Shown here: positions 41,399-55,118 of the stretch, in pieces
Position numbering within the stretch: position 1 is the first letter of the stretch
Layout: every line of letters starts with the position of its first letter
Source of the DNA: Eledone cirrhosa
Lineage: Eukaryota
Direction of reading: 5' to 3'
NCBI GenBank assembly: GCA_964016885.1
Contig: OZ024740.1
Location: 425,506,001-425,570,000 of the forward strand
DNA: 64,000 nucleotides
Made by a program: the position numbers and the translations under genes
Notes under the pieces: generated by a model
What the model was told of the DNA's origin: nothing
What the model saw: the letters and a program-made list of their open reading frames with translations, nothing else
The model's database searches: none

Positions 41399-41744
41399 AT
41401 ACAAATCCAATTACAAAATACTTTTAACTATTTGTAAGCCCGACAACGTGTGTTTGGTAAAAATGCCAAGGTAATAAGTAAGTAGAAGATAAAAACACAC
41501 AGTGAATTAAAGTAAAAGAGAGGGCGATAGGAAGTTACAGCGGCAATGTTTAATAATCCTAAATATTGTTGGATTTACCATCCATTCTGAAGAGGTGCCG
41601 TAGGTGGAGACCTCAGAGTGAACCTGAGAAATTTGTCTTGATTTACTTTTGCATTTGTCTCTACTGAGGTTTGTTATTGTTACATTTGTCTCTAGTTAAA
41701 TCGAAAAGAACCGAATAAAATTACATAAATTCGTCAAGGTGGAC

Positions 41745-41970
41745 CTCGTCGTTGTTGTTGTTGCTGTTTTAACCCAAATCCCCAATAAATGTTGGTTAAT
41801 TGGATGTATGGTTTTGTCAGAAGTATTCCAGTTGAAGCTATCCCATCCTTTATTGCGGATATCAACGACTTATTTGAGATTCATTATCCAATGTATCCTT
41901 CTCACTTTTATGAGAGCAGGATGTTGGCCTCCAGCAGATTTGGCTGCGTTTTCTAGCAGGTCGAGCGACA
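41745..41970 (-). repeat. Old dispersed repeat family (GACCTGCTAGAAA-AGCAGCCAAA motif), minus-strand copy
   Basis: TTTGGCTGCGTTTTCTAGCAGGTC is the reverse complement of the motifs at 42522-42546 and 57452-57473. It has an (AAC)n-like tail. Confidence 0.55.
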
Positions 41971-42757
41971 ACAAAGAGATAACGTTTCAGTGCTCCATCA
42001 TAGTCAGAAACAAGTCTATTAGAAACTTATAAGACATTTATTTACAGCACACCTGCAACGTCAATAGATCATTCGGAATCTGAGATTTTGTCAAGTGCTG
42101 ATTACAAAAATGTCAGAATCAATGACTGACTTGGTTTTCTATGCGTCAAACAGCATATGTAAAACCACGGCTGTCAAACTCTGTACAGAAATCTGTTATG
42201 AACAACACTGGTTGTTCTAGAGTTGCTGCCTTAATTCTTTTTCAACAAGTATATTAACGGTAAAATACGTATTGTGAATAAAAGTAAACAAGAAACCATT
42301 TATCTGATTGCTTCATTATTATAGTAAGCGTATTTTCATTAAATCCTATCTTAGCATCTTAAACAAAAAGATTAACTATTAAATTATACTGCATAATATA
42401 GTATGACGTACGTATTAGCATCTTCATGGATGGAACACTTTAGACCAATACTATTTTCAATTAGGGTCATTCTAGGCGATAAATAGTCAAACCAACATTG
42501 ACAGTGCAACGAACAAACGAGGACCTGCTAGAAATAGGAGCCAAATCTTTCGTAAAACACCCCCAAAGATTTTTTAAAATTTGAAGAAGGCATTTGATGC
42601 TGTAGTTCTTGTTGTAGGATATCTAAGGCTGGAATACATTTTATCATTTCTCTGCTCCATCATAGCAAGATCTGAAGTTGAACACCAACTAAATTTACGT
42701 CACGAGCAGTAGAGATTTTGCTGGAGTTAACTGAAGCCACAGCATTATTCGACGTGT

Positions 42758-42945
42758 GGCGGATTGACAGTATCGGTAGAGGGTCGGACGCCATGCTTTG
42801 CAGCATAGAGTTACGGCCCTTTATGGTCTGAGTTCAAATCCCGCCGAGGTTAACTTTGCCTTTCATCCTTACGGTATCGATAAAATAAAGTACCAGTAAT
42901 ACAATGGGATAATTGCTGGCATTATGCCAATAGTAGAAACAATTA
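42758..42945 (+). mobile_element. tRNA-derived SINE, first monomer of a dimer
   Basis: A-box-like TGACAGTATCGG, B box GAGTTCAAATCC, body TTTGCCTTTCATCC..TCGATAAAATAAAGTACCAGT. Confidence 0.9.
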
Positions 42946-42948
42946 CAG

Positions 42949-43140
42949 GGCGGTAGATTGGCAGTATCGGTAGAAGGTCGGACGCCATGTTTTGCAGCAA
43001 AGAGTTACAGCCCTTTATGACCTGAGTTCAAATCCCGCCGAGGTTAACTTTGCCTTTCATCCCTACGGGGTCGATAAAATAAAGTACCAGTAATACACTG
43101 GGATAATTACTGGCCTTGTGCCAAAAGTAGAAACAATTAT
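42949..43140 (+). mobile_element. tRNA-derived SINE, second monomer of the dimer
   Basis: Same family, with A box TGGCAGTATCGG and B box GAGTTCAAATCC. Confidence 0.9.
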
Positions 43141-43203
43141 TTGACGTGTTACATATTACATCACTTTGTGGTGTAACATTTACAATGTAACTATGATTAT
43201 AGT

Positions 43204-43427
43204 GTGTGTGTTTGTGACAGCTCACACCTATGCAGGTTTAGCTGGCCTCCTCCAAGGTATATCTCGTTGGAGGTGTCTGGGGTGATTTCTACAGCTGAGT
43301 AAACTGGAGCAACGTGAAATAAAGTGTCTTGCTCAAGGAAACAACACATCACCCGGTCTGAGAATTGATCTCACAACCTTTCGATTGCAAGCCCAATGTT
43401 CTAACTACTAAGCCATGCGCCTTCACA
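43204..43427 (-). mobile_element. tRNA-derived SINE, second family, with 11-bp TSD
   Basis: - strand GGCGCATGGCTTAGTAGTTAG..GAGATCAATTC..CCTTGAGCAAGACACTTTATTTCACGTTGCTC, with a (CA)n tail. ATGATTATAGT is duplicated at 43193-43203 and 43428-43438. Confidence 0.85.
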
Positions 43428-43869
43428 ATGATTATAGTAGTGAGCTTGTAAAGTGATTTACCCAGTAGAGATGATTTGCTTTACATATCATCATAATATA
43501 CAACTAAGTATTCTGCTGAGATTTCTATTGCCTGATATTGAAGAGCATTAATAGTTCTGACTTTACTCACCAGGGGGAGATACGAACATCATGAGAACAA
43601 CCACTTCCGATTAAAGCAAAATACAAATGATAGTCAAGGTAGAAATGAACAGAATATCAACAGCACTGACGCCAAACTGTATCACTGTTTGTCTTTTCTT
43701 AGGACAAAACCATCGACGTAGAGAGAGCAGACATGTCGGAGCACCGAGTCGTTTTCTATTAAAACAAAATCTTGGCCATTGCTGCACATTTAAACTTACG
43801 AGTACTTGGTTGTTTGATTTTGTTAGACTGTATGTTTGTTCGGGATGGAGAATGGATTTCTACAGCGAA

Positions 43870-44275
<406 letters not shown>

Positions 44276-44889
44276 AAATGTGCTCTGGCTTGGCTGATTG
44301 GTTAACGTTCACTTTCACATCTCAAAGGTCCTGGGTAGTTATTTTTGATTAAATGACAAGCGAGTCAATCATATTGGTCGCCTCCCCACAGCCCCAGCGT
44401 TTCCCCGGAGGACGGCAAGGGAGACGCGCTGGAAAAGCCATTCCAGCTCGCAAAGCTACCACCTGCGGCTGGCCAGCTCAGCGCCTATGGTGGTGAGTAG
44501 GGAGGTAGCCCTAGGGCCGAGGACACCAGAAGTTTCCACTGACAAGGGTACAACCGCAAACCTGTCGGAGAGTGACCTGTATTTGAAGAAAGGTCCTGGG
44601 TTCGATTTTCTTGTACGTCACACTGGACAAGAATCTTCTAGCATAACATCCGTAAATTCCAATCTACGTTAGAGAAAATTAGAAGACGTAAACATGTGCA
44701 AGCATATCAGATAAACTATAACGATAATTCGAAAGAAACGATGTTTCAATGTTACGTTTCCCTCGTTAGCAAATGACAGAATTTTGGCACGGATACAACA
44801 GGGCAGATTTGCGGATCTTTGTAAGAAATAAGATATCACAGTCACACGTACACACACACGTTAATACGTTAATACACACATACTCCCCC

Positions 44890-44943
<54 letters not shown>

Positions 44944-45066
44944 ACTCTCTCTCTCTCACACACACATAACACACACACACAGACACGCACATACACACAC
45001 ACACACACTCTCACACACACAAACATACACACACACACAAACACACACACTCTCACACACAAACAT

Positions 45067-45097
<31 letters not shown>

Positions 45098-45213
45098 AAC
45101 GCAAACACATACACATAAACACACACAAACACACAGACACACACAGACACACACAGACACACACACACACACACTCACAAACACACACAAGCACACATAC
45201 ACACACACACACA
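44890..45213. repeat. (CT)n then degenerate (CA)n microsatellite
   Basis: Seen directly. Confidence 0.95.
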
Positions 45214-45792
45214 AAACAAACTCAACGTTGTTCAGAATAAAGTTCGACCTATATGTAAATTAACTATCAACAAAAATAGTTTTCTTACGGTAGTAAGTAA
45301 GAATCTGTTGTTGATGTATTAAGAAATCCTGAAATTTGTGTATATCGTTCTTATCCGAATACTGATGTAGCCGTGATATGATAAAGCAAAACCTGCAAAC
45401 CAGATGACCTCTGCACTACTGCCTCCATAGCTGTCACGGCTACCACTCACCGCTCTTTCCTATTCACACATCAAATTTCTTAACATTTTTTAATAAAAAA
45501 TATTAGTCCCGTTAGCTGCAGACGCTGGAGGAAAACAGCTGTGCCTCCCCCAATTAGGAAAACTCTGAGAGTTTTAGTTCATTTTTCCCGGCATTTTCTT
45601 TTTAAAAAAAAAAATGACAAAAATGAAAATGTGTCTTTCACCAGGGAAATATATGATGTGTGATGTAAACATGCGGAGTGTCGACCTTTGTGATCAGAGC
45701 AGCTCGGACACGACAAGAACAACAACAGTAACAACAACAACAGCAGCAGTAACAACAACAACCACAACAACAACAACAACAACAACAATAAT

Positions 45793-45935
45793 AATTGTTT
45801 CTAATTTTGGCATAAGGCCAGCAATTTTAAGAGAAGGAGAAAGACGAATAAATCGAACAGTACATTACTGGTACCTTATTTTATCCAACCTGTGAGGATG
45901 AAACATTAAACTAACAATGGCGGAATTTGAACTGA
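45793..45935 (-). mobile_element. Degenerate truncated SINE related to the 42.8-kb family, with adjacent (AAC)n tract
   Basis: TGTTTCTAATTTTGGCATAAGGCCAGCAATT..ACTGGTACCTTATTTTATC..GGATGAAA..GGCGGAATTTGAACT. Confidence 0.7.
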
Positions 45936-46071
45936 AAACATAAAATACCAATAATAGTAATAAATTGTTTATTAAGCACAAGGACTTACATTAACGACGG
46001 CCCATGATAAAACATTGAAAGTGTGCGTGTACGAACATGTATGAGCTTTGTGTGTAAACAGGAGAAATAAC

Positions 46072-46254
46072 TGTTTCTACTTTTGGCACAAGGCCAGCAA
46101 TTACTCAGTACATTACTGGTACTTTATTTTATCGACCCCGTAAGGATGAAAGGCAAAGTTAACCTCGACGGGGTTTGAACTCAGACCGTAAAGGGACGTA
46201 ACTATGCTAGAAAGCATGTCGTCCGACCCTCTACCGATACTGCCAATTCACCGC
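46072..46254 (-). mobile_element. tRNA-derived SINE (42.8-kb family)
   Basis: Full-length reverse-complement copy with A and B boxes. Confidence 0.9.
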
Positions 46255-46669
46255 ATTAATGTAAGTCCTTGTGGTGGATAAACAATTTATTACTATTATT
46301 ATTAAAATACTAATAATAGTAATACATTGTTTATCCACCACAAGGACTTACATTAACGACGGCACAGGACAAAACATTGAAAGAGTGTGTGTACGAACGT
46401 GTATGAGCTTTGTGTGTAAACAAGAGAAATAACGAAAACAAGGAAGGAAAAATTAAAAGTATAACAAAGAAATTTCTTCAATAGGGAGGAGACTTTCTAT
46501 GTCCACTCGTGGATAAACCAAATAAAATTCTAGAGTTACCCTGGCCGGTAAGGCACGTACCTTCTCACAGTCTTCTTGTTCCCATCTACAGGCATATAAA
46601 CATGGTAAATCCATTCACTCGGACCATACTCGCTTCACTTGTCCACCTTTCAACAATATAACTGTAAGG

Positions 46670-47085
46670 CCGAACATGCTCATAATATTGGAGCTGTGAT
46701 CTCTCAATTCGGAGAGGTAGCGACTCTACCAGGAGTGACTCTCTGGTCTCTGAGCTATGAATTTTATCGAGTAACGTTACTCCAAAGACCCTTCGGAGGA
46801 ACCCCATCCCTGCCACTTTTATTTGCAATTGTATTTTTTTGGTCATTACTCAAGATTCATGATCCTCGGTAAGAGTGGGCAGGAATACCATGAAGAGTTT
46901 GGCTTTTACACCTACCCCCTTTCTTCTGATTGCTGAATGCTGAGGCTGGCGCATTACTGCATCAGCTTTTGCAATTCTTGCACTTAATTCAGCCTTCTGC
47001 ATTCCATCACTCATGAACACGGCTCCAAGATACTTGAACTTCTCTAACTGCTTCAGTAGAACTCCATTCACATGTATATACGTTT
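46670..47085 (-). pseudogene. RTE-clade LINE RT C-terminal fragment
   Basis: LKQLEKFKYLG..ELSARIAKA..FLPTLT..HES*VMTKK..MGFLRRVFGVTLLDKIHSSETRE..IERSQLQYYEHVR. The two ORFs share a frame, with TGA replacing a Trp codon. Confidence 0.88.
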
Positions 47086-47289
47086 GAGGGACTTCTGTCC
47101 ACCCGTTCGTCACACAGTGTGTTTGTGTGTTTGTGTGAATGTATGTGTGTAAAAAGAAGGAAAGGGATACACACATATATGCCTCTAACTTAAAAACAGT
47201 GAGACACACACACACACACACGTCTCTAATTTAAGAACTCTGATAAACTCACGCGCGCGCACATACACACACTGTCCTATTACCACTTC

Positions 47290-47713
47290 AGAGCTTTGGC
47301 CCGGACAAACATCCCCTCAATTTCGGAACCGTCTGGGTTGTCCAGAATTGATGGGAAAAGACTTGACGGTCTTACTCTGTGCTTCTAGTTAAGAGGCAGG
47401 TGCCTTACCTGGGACCTCACAGTTAGTGACTCTTTTGCTTTTTCCCACATTTTCGATGCAGAGGTAAAGGCGAGAGCTACAGCATCCGCAGCTGAATGGA
47501 ACAAAATCCTAAAATACCGTGTTCTGTCAGCTAACTACATTATCCAGCTTGTGGCGTTCGAGACGTTTGGGGTGTCAGGATACTGAGAGCGAGGTTCTTA
47601 TTTTCACTGGTGGCTCATCAAACAGAGGTAACTGGTGATGCTCGTGTGGGCACTTGGTTGTTCCAGCACCTCAGCCTCGCTGTGAGCGTGCTGGCTTGCC
47701 TCAAAAATTATTA
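47290..47713 (+). pseudogene. CRE-like non-LTR retrotransposon, restriction-like endonuclease fragment (not in ORF track)
   Basis: My translation: RALARTNIPSISEPSGLSRIDGKRLDGLTLCF*LRGRCLTWDLTVSDSFA..AAEWNKILKY..LVAFETFG..TGDAR..WLFQHLSLAV. This matches the RPDG..WD.T..AE..K..KY..ET.G pattern. Confidence 0.85.
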
Positions 47714-48370
47714 GAGAGGTTTCCCAGTGCTCCTCGCTATATTGCTACCTTTTGCTCTGGTAGCGGCTCTTTCCACTCTTTCGCCTGCATATTGTTCTAT
47801 GTAGTCTATGTGGTCTAAGATGTGTGTATTACGTGCTTGTCTATTTTTTCTCTTTTTTTTCCTTTCTCTTTCCTTTGTATATATTATATTTGTTTGTGTT
47901 TTCGTTCTGTAACCATTATATTAAATTTTTATACAAATGAGTTTTTTTAAAAAAGGAGTTAAACTATGTTGTTAATAAATGAATAAAACGTTATACCCTC
48001 CCGTTTCCAATTCACCGAACGCTATCACGACTGTATGTGTGTGTTTGTGTAAATGTATATGTGTGAATGTATGTATGTATTTGTGTGAAAGTATGTGTAT
48101 TTGTGTGGATGTATGCCCATGAGCGTGTATTTTTGTAAGTTTGTGTTTGCCCGATTATAGTTATATACTCATAATAGTTATATACTCATACATATAGATG
48201 TATGTATACATGTGTACACACACATACGCGTCAGCGTGTAGAAAATCATAATCACTCTATCTCTCTCATCACAAACTCTCTCTTTCTATATATATGGTAG
48301 TTGAAGTGGTGGTGGTGGCGGCGATGTGCCAGAAGTGTAGAAATTTGAAGCTTTGAAAAAAAGTGGATTT

Positions 48371-48478
48371 TAAATAAGCAATAAAATTATTTATATTTAA
48401 TTAAGAGTTACGAAATTTATTGCATAAATTATGTAATATTCATTTATTATTTATTAAAAGTACTCCAACTTATTTTAC
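48371..48478 (+). repeat. Dispersed AT-rich repeat, copy 2
   Basis: Similar to 37445-37552. Confidence 0.7.
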
Positions 48479-48823
48479 TAAGTGGATTAAAAGAAATAAA
48501 CCTCGCTTTATTATGGTATAGATACATGCCGTACAATGATTATATACAACAAACATTTTTTTACAAATGAAGCGAAGTAAGAGAAAATCAAAACCTGGTG
48601 TAGAAAACGTAGCAAAAAGAGAAATTAAAAAAAAATATTTAAAAATCTCATAAAAAATTACAATATCTTATTCGAGGTTTCGCAAATTGAACAAAATCTG
48701 TAAATAGGAATATTTAAACATATTTGGTGGTTGTCAGTGAACGTACTAAACTTGCAAGGAAACTCTACTAATCAATCTCGACCAAGTAGAATATAGATAA
48801 CTCCTTACAGGGAAAGTATCATT

Positions 48824-48969
<146 letters not shown>

Positions 48970-49051
48970 TAAGTGTTTCCGTAGGAAAAGAGAGTGCTCT
49001 CTGTAGGCTACAGAGCTATATAGTTATGTAATAAACAACATAAGACAATTA

Positions 49052-49124
49052 TTTCATTTACCAAAGGTTTCACGAAGACAGACGAGCTTGACACAGACGT
49101 CTGAAATCGTTCGTCAGAAAGAAA
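49052..49124 (-). ncRNA. Type I hammerhead ribozyme motif
   Basis: TTTCTTT-CTGACGA-ACGA..TCGT-GAAA-CC-TTT-GG-TA-AATGAAA. One mismatch in stem I. Confidence 0.8.
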
Positions 49125-49150
49125 ATTTATTTAACGAAAATTAAATAAAT

Positions 49151-49223
49151 TTTCGTTCTGACGAACGATTTCAGACGTCTGTGTCAAGCTCGTCTGTCTT
49201 CGTGAAACCTTTGGTAAATGAAA
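49151..49223 (+). ncRNA. Type I hammerhead ribozyme motif
   Basis: Stem I TTTCGTT/AATGAAA, core CTGACGA 49158-49164, stem II ACGA/TCGT with distal CAGACG/CGTCTG, GAAA 49204-49207, stem III ACC-TTT-GGT. GUA site with predicted cleavage after 49216. Confidence 0.88.
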
Positions 49224-49387
49224 TAATTGTCTTATGTTGTTTATTACATAACTATATAGGTGTGTGTGTATTTATAGGTACGCGTGTGTGTGTGTGTGTG
49301 TGTATGTATATATATATATATATATATAAGTATGTGTGTGTGTGTGTATATAGATATCTACCTAACAACTGATCATTTATCTGTGTT

Positions 49388-49860
49388 CTAAACTACTATG
49401 TCGTCGGCAAATTCAGCATCTGATATCTTTTTCGCCTTAGCTCTCCTGCTCTGAGCCGGTGCTACAGTAAACCCAGAGTCTTGGTGTTTCTCCCGCGCAA
49501 GGCGCATACAGTAGTACACTATGATGAGAAAAAGATAGGGAGCCAATGTATCTCCCTGGAACACTCCAGCCAGTATCTCAAAGAATTCTGTCATCCCATC
49601 AGGTGTAATGATTTGGGCTTTGGTGTTGGTGTAGAGCAGTGATATCAGGTCCACTATCCTCTTGGGGATTCCATAAGCCTGTAAGATCTTCATCAGGCAG
49701 TAACGGTCCACAGAATCAAAGGCCTTCCTAAAGTCAATGAAAACCATGACTGCAGGAAGGCACTTTACTCTAGCTCTCTCTAATATCCTCCTCAGCATCA
49801 GGATGTGACTGGTGGTTGATCTCCCCTCTCTGAAGCCGTTCTGGCTGTCCCTGAGCTTCT
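49388..49860 (-). pseudogene. RTE/RTE-X LINE reverse transcriptase core fragment
   Basis: LRDSQNGFREGRST..FIDFRKAFDSV..AYGIP..GVFQGDTLAPYLF..EFADD. Confidence 0.93.
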
Positions 49861-50193
49861 TCTCCATCTTCTCCATCTTCTTCATCCTGTTAAGAATCAA
49901 AATATTGTGCAATAGGATCATTAAACATTTACAAAGAATAACAGCATAAACAAATAGAAAATGGAATTTACTCACGGACCCCAAATAATAGGGAGTGGCA
50001 GGAATAAGTGGAGGGTGGGATAAGTGGGGGTTGAAACAAGCGGGGTGGGATAAGTGGGATAATCGATAATTTTTCTAGGTTGACTCCAATGATTTAAAAA
50101 CCCCCAGAAAACGAGCGTTTTCATTGGTTAATACTTTTTAGAAACAAAACAAAACAAAATAAATCTATTTTACCCACAGATACACATGCGTAA

Positions 50194-50310
50194 AGACGTG
50201 TGGCTGATTGGTTAGAGAAATGGATTCGCAATCATGAGGTTGTGAGTTCGATTCCTGGACCGGGCGATGCGTTATGTCCTTGAGCAAGACACTTTATTTC
50301 ACGTTGCTCT
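50194..50310 (+). mobile_element. tRNA-derived SINE, second family, 3'-truncated
   Basis: TGGCTGATTGG (A box), GAGTTCGATTCC (B box), CCTTGAGCAAGACACTTTATTTCACGTTGCTC as in 43204-43427. Confidence 0.85.
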
Positions 50311-51207
50311 TTCTACCTGTAGTTGCGACCGATAGATAGTATTAGCAATTGGAAAGACCAATGGAAACATTGTTTCCTCGGTCCGATTTGACGAAAGTCG
50401 ATCGTTTCTTAAAACACTTTTGATAGTAATGAGAGAACAAGGATTTCAAGAAATTCTCTATAATCTTTCACTTCTTATTTGAGAAATTTCAGGAAAAAGT
50501 GATTCGAATTTTACCCTGTCCATCGCAGTGTGACATTAAAACAATCACCAGTTTGTTTTTACAATAATACTATGACATATTCAGTTGGTGTTGTGTTGTT
50601 GGTGCCTGCACATCTTCGACTGCAAGACCGAAGCGCTTCATTCTCTTTAAGACAGGCTGTTCAGTCAATGCCGTGTTATCAAAAGGAGCCCATGCATGCC
50701 CTTTGTCCAGGAAACATTGTCACAGCCTCAGTTGGTCACTACGTTTACTCATTCTTACCCTTGAAATTTATCTCAAGGTTAAGATTAACGGTAGGTGAAC
50801 TGATTAACAAGCAAAAGAGCAGGTTACAAGTCAAGATTGTCCAGCAATAGTACTAAAGTGATCTGTGTATTCAACGACTTCATTCAATCAGCTCATTTTG
50901 TGACAGAAATTACTAGAAACACTAAAAAACATTGGACATTTCCTGTAACTATCTTGGAGCTGACCATTTCAGTTATATCTTACATCCTATTTGATAGACA
51001 TTGCGTTGCTATTATCTCTGTTTCTGTCTTGAGAAATAGGGGAGAGTCTTTACAATGGATTCTTTTCAACGAAGGCTTCAAATAAGAACAAATGGATTAC
51101 ATTTACCTTATACACATATATGTGCATATATGGGTGTATACGTGTGTGTGCATATATATATACATGTGTGTATAAATAAATATATATATATATATATGTA
51201 TATATAT

Positions 51208-51290
<83 letters not shown>

Positions 51291-51996
51291 AAGGGAAAAA
51301 GAGATAATAAAGAGAGAGAGGAAGGGGCAGAAGGGGAGAGGAATGAAAGTTATTTCGATTCTCGACGAAGACGAATGAACTGGCTGGTATCAAATTTCCT
51401 ACTTTTGGCTGGCCACCACTGAAGTCAAAACGTTAGAGGACCGAGAAGATGAATCCGCCATTTTTCATGACCAGGCTGCTGCTTTGTGACGCCTGTTTGT
51501 CTGGCTGAGTGGTCCCTGGCCGGATATAAAACGTAGTCGAACATTGGAGTTGGAGGCAAAAGCTTTACACTACACATACACGAAATATCTTGTTTAAAGA
51601 AAACGAAAAAGAAGAGGTACATATTAAATAAATGTATATATAAGTTAGTGCCTAAGTTATTTTATATGTTATTTTCATTTTATTATTGTTATTATTATTA
51701 CTATTTGAAGGTGGTGTGGGAATAAGGATGTACATTCCAGGATCCTTGTGCTAAAGGACAGATGCTCATATATACTTAGATACTCCCGCCCCACATATAC
51801 GTATACTAGTATATATACACTCACATAGAAATGAACACACACATACACATACATATATATTATCATACATATACACATAAATCATACACACCCATCACAC
51901 ACATATAGCAGTGAAACTCATGCTAGTCCCGTCAACTTATATATATATTTATATAAAGTTTGCAGTGCCGAGACTGGACCAACACAGAGATATATA

Positions 51997-52075
<79 letters not shown>

Positions 52076-52230
52076 ATACATACATACATATATACATATA
52101 TATACATACATATATACATACATACATACATACATACATACATACATACACATATATTATTGGTGTGTAACTTTAAGTTACTACTGGTTCACCAGTTTCA
52201 GCACTCGATGCTTTAGTGGGTCCGGTTGCC

Positions 52231-52292
<62 letters not shown>

Positions 52293-52294
<2 letters not shown>

Positions 52295-52477
52295 ATTGTT
52301 TCTACTTTAGGCACAAGGCCAGCAATTAACCAGAACATTACTGGTGCTTTATTTTATCGACCCCGTAAGGATGAAAGGCAAAGTTAACCTCGGCGGGATT
52401 TGAACTCAGACTGTAAAGGGACGTAACTATGCTAGAAAGCATGGCGTCCAACCCTCTACTGATACTGCCAATTCACC
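52293..52477 (-). mobile_element. tRNA-derived SINE (42.8-kb family)
   Basis: Reverse-complement copy similar to 46072-46254. Confidence 0.9.
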
Positions 52478-52515
52478 ATATAATATACACACGGTGAGCA
52501 ATGATTAGTTTACTA

Positions 52516-53750
<1,235 letters not shown>

Positions 53751-54045
53751 ATATATATATATATATATATATAAATGGAAAAAATGAAACGAAATTTTAT
53801 TTCTCACTCTTGGTACGGCTGTTACTTAAATATAAGTATGTATACGTACATACATATATGTGTACAGACGTTCAGTAGTATGTATATATATACATACATG
53901 CACATATATATATATATATATATGTACGTATGGGTTTACCGAATATTTAATATAATGTTCGGTTTGTTTGTAAACAAACAGCCCGAATTACGCCGTACAG
54001 TGCTCGGCAACCATCGTCGCCCTTTTGTTCAACACTGACAAAGGA

Positions 54046-54088
54046 ACGATGTACTAGTTTCAAGCTTATTAGCTATCGTCAGCACCGT
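54046..54088 (-). ncRNA. Minimal type I hammerhead ribozyme motif
   Basis: ACGGTG-CTGACGA-TAGCT-AATA-AGCTT-GAAA-CTAG-TA-CATCGT. 6-bp stem I, AGCT/AGCT stem II after a U-U pair, ACTAGT stem III, GUA site. Confidence 0.82.
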
Positions 54089-54224
54089 ATACCTTCATGC
54101 CAGATGTGTGTCCGGTGTGCCCGGCCGATTAACTCACTCGATATGCAAATTAGGCTGCTCAGCCGTTAATATGCATAAGGAAAGTATATACTTTCAGACG
54201 TTCAATCATCTGGCAGGAAGGTAT

Positions 54225-54267
54225 ACTCTGCTGACGATAGCTAATAAGCTTGAAACTAGTACATCGT
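54225..54267 (+). ncRNA. Minimal hammerhead motif with damaged stem I
   Basis: Same core as 54046-54088, but the 5' arm reads ACTCTG, leaving only 2 contiguous stem I pairs next to the core. Confidence 0.65.
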
Positions 54268-54503
54268 TCCTTTGTCAGTGTTGAACAAAAGGGCAACGAT
54301 GGTTGCTAAACACTGTACGGCTTAATTCGGATGTTTGTTTACAAACAAACCGAGCATTATAATAAATGTTCGGTAAATCCATACGTACATATATATATAT
54401 ATATATATGTGTATGTATGTATATATATACATACTACTAAACGTCTATACACATATATGTATGTACGTATACATACTTATATATATGTATGTACGTATAC
54501 ATA

Positions 54504-54530
<27 letters not shown>

Positions 54531-54538
<8 letters not shown>

Positions 54539-54715
54539 ATACTTTGGGAGGGCCATGTTGCCAATAAGAAACACACGCACAAGCTTGAAACTAGTACATC
54601 GTTCCTTTGTCAGTGTTGAACAAAAGGGCAACGATGGTTGCTAAACACTGTACGGCTTAATTCGGATGCGTGTGTTTCTTATTGGCAACATGGCCCTCCC
54701 AAAGTATAACAATAT
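54531..54715. repeat. 49-bp inverted repeat enclosing a copy of 54246-54332
   Basis: Arms 54531-54579 and 54667-54715. The spacer AAGCTTGAAACTAGTACATCG...TTCGGA duplicates the 3' half of the family D hammerhead. Confidence 0.88.
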
Positions 54716-54938
54716 TGGTTTCAACACACGATTTCAGATAAAGAATCTTGCTAAACAAATTCAGAAACGAAATATATATATATTGGTAAACGGAAAAGAA
54801 AATGCTGACAAATTGTTCACAGTGAAAAATAGTTTAATTAGGAATAATTGAAAATTAGTAATAGTATTGGTTAGTATTCAGTTTTGGTTTTAAGTTTTAC
54901 CGGTTGCGCATTTCTATCGCTTTTCAAAAATAATTTTG

Positions 54939-55001
54939 AGATAGAGCGCCTGTGATCTTTGCTCTAATCTGATTAGAGCAAACATCACGAGCGCTCTATC
55001 T
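54939..55001. repeat. Imperfect 63-bp palindrome
   Basis: AGATAGAGCGC..GTGAT.TTTGCTCTAATC-T-GATTAGAGCAAA.ATCAC..GCGCTCTATCT. Confidence 0.85.
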
Positions 55002-55033
55002 AATATATCATAACTCGTGTGTTACACCTCTAT

Positions 55034-55118
<85 letters not shown>

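Larger units (their letters stand above)
48971..49259. mobile_element. Foldback element with two divergent hammerheads (family A)
   Basis: Arms 49016-49134 and 49141-49259 (119 bp, one mismatch seen), 6-bp spacer. A 45-bp unpaired extension on the left is shared with 55117-55176. Confidence 0.9.
53830..54482. mobile_element. Foldback element with two divergent hammerheads (family D)
   Basis: Arms about 53830-54106 and 54207-54482 (~275 bp, several mismatches), with a 100-bp spacer. Confidence 0.88.
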
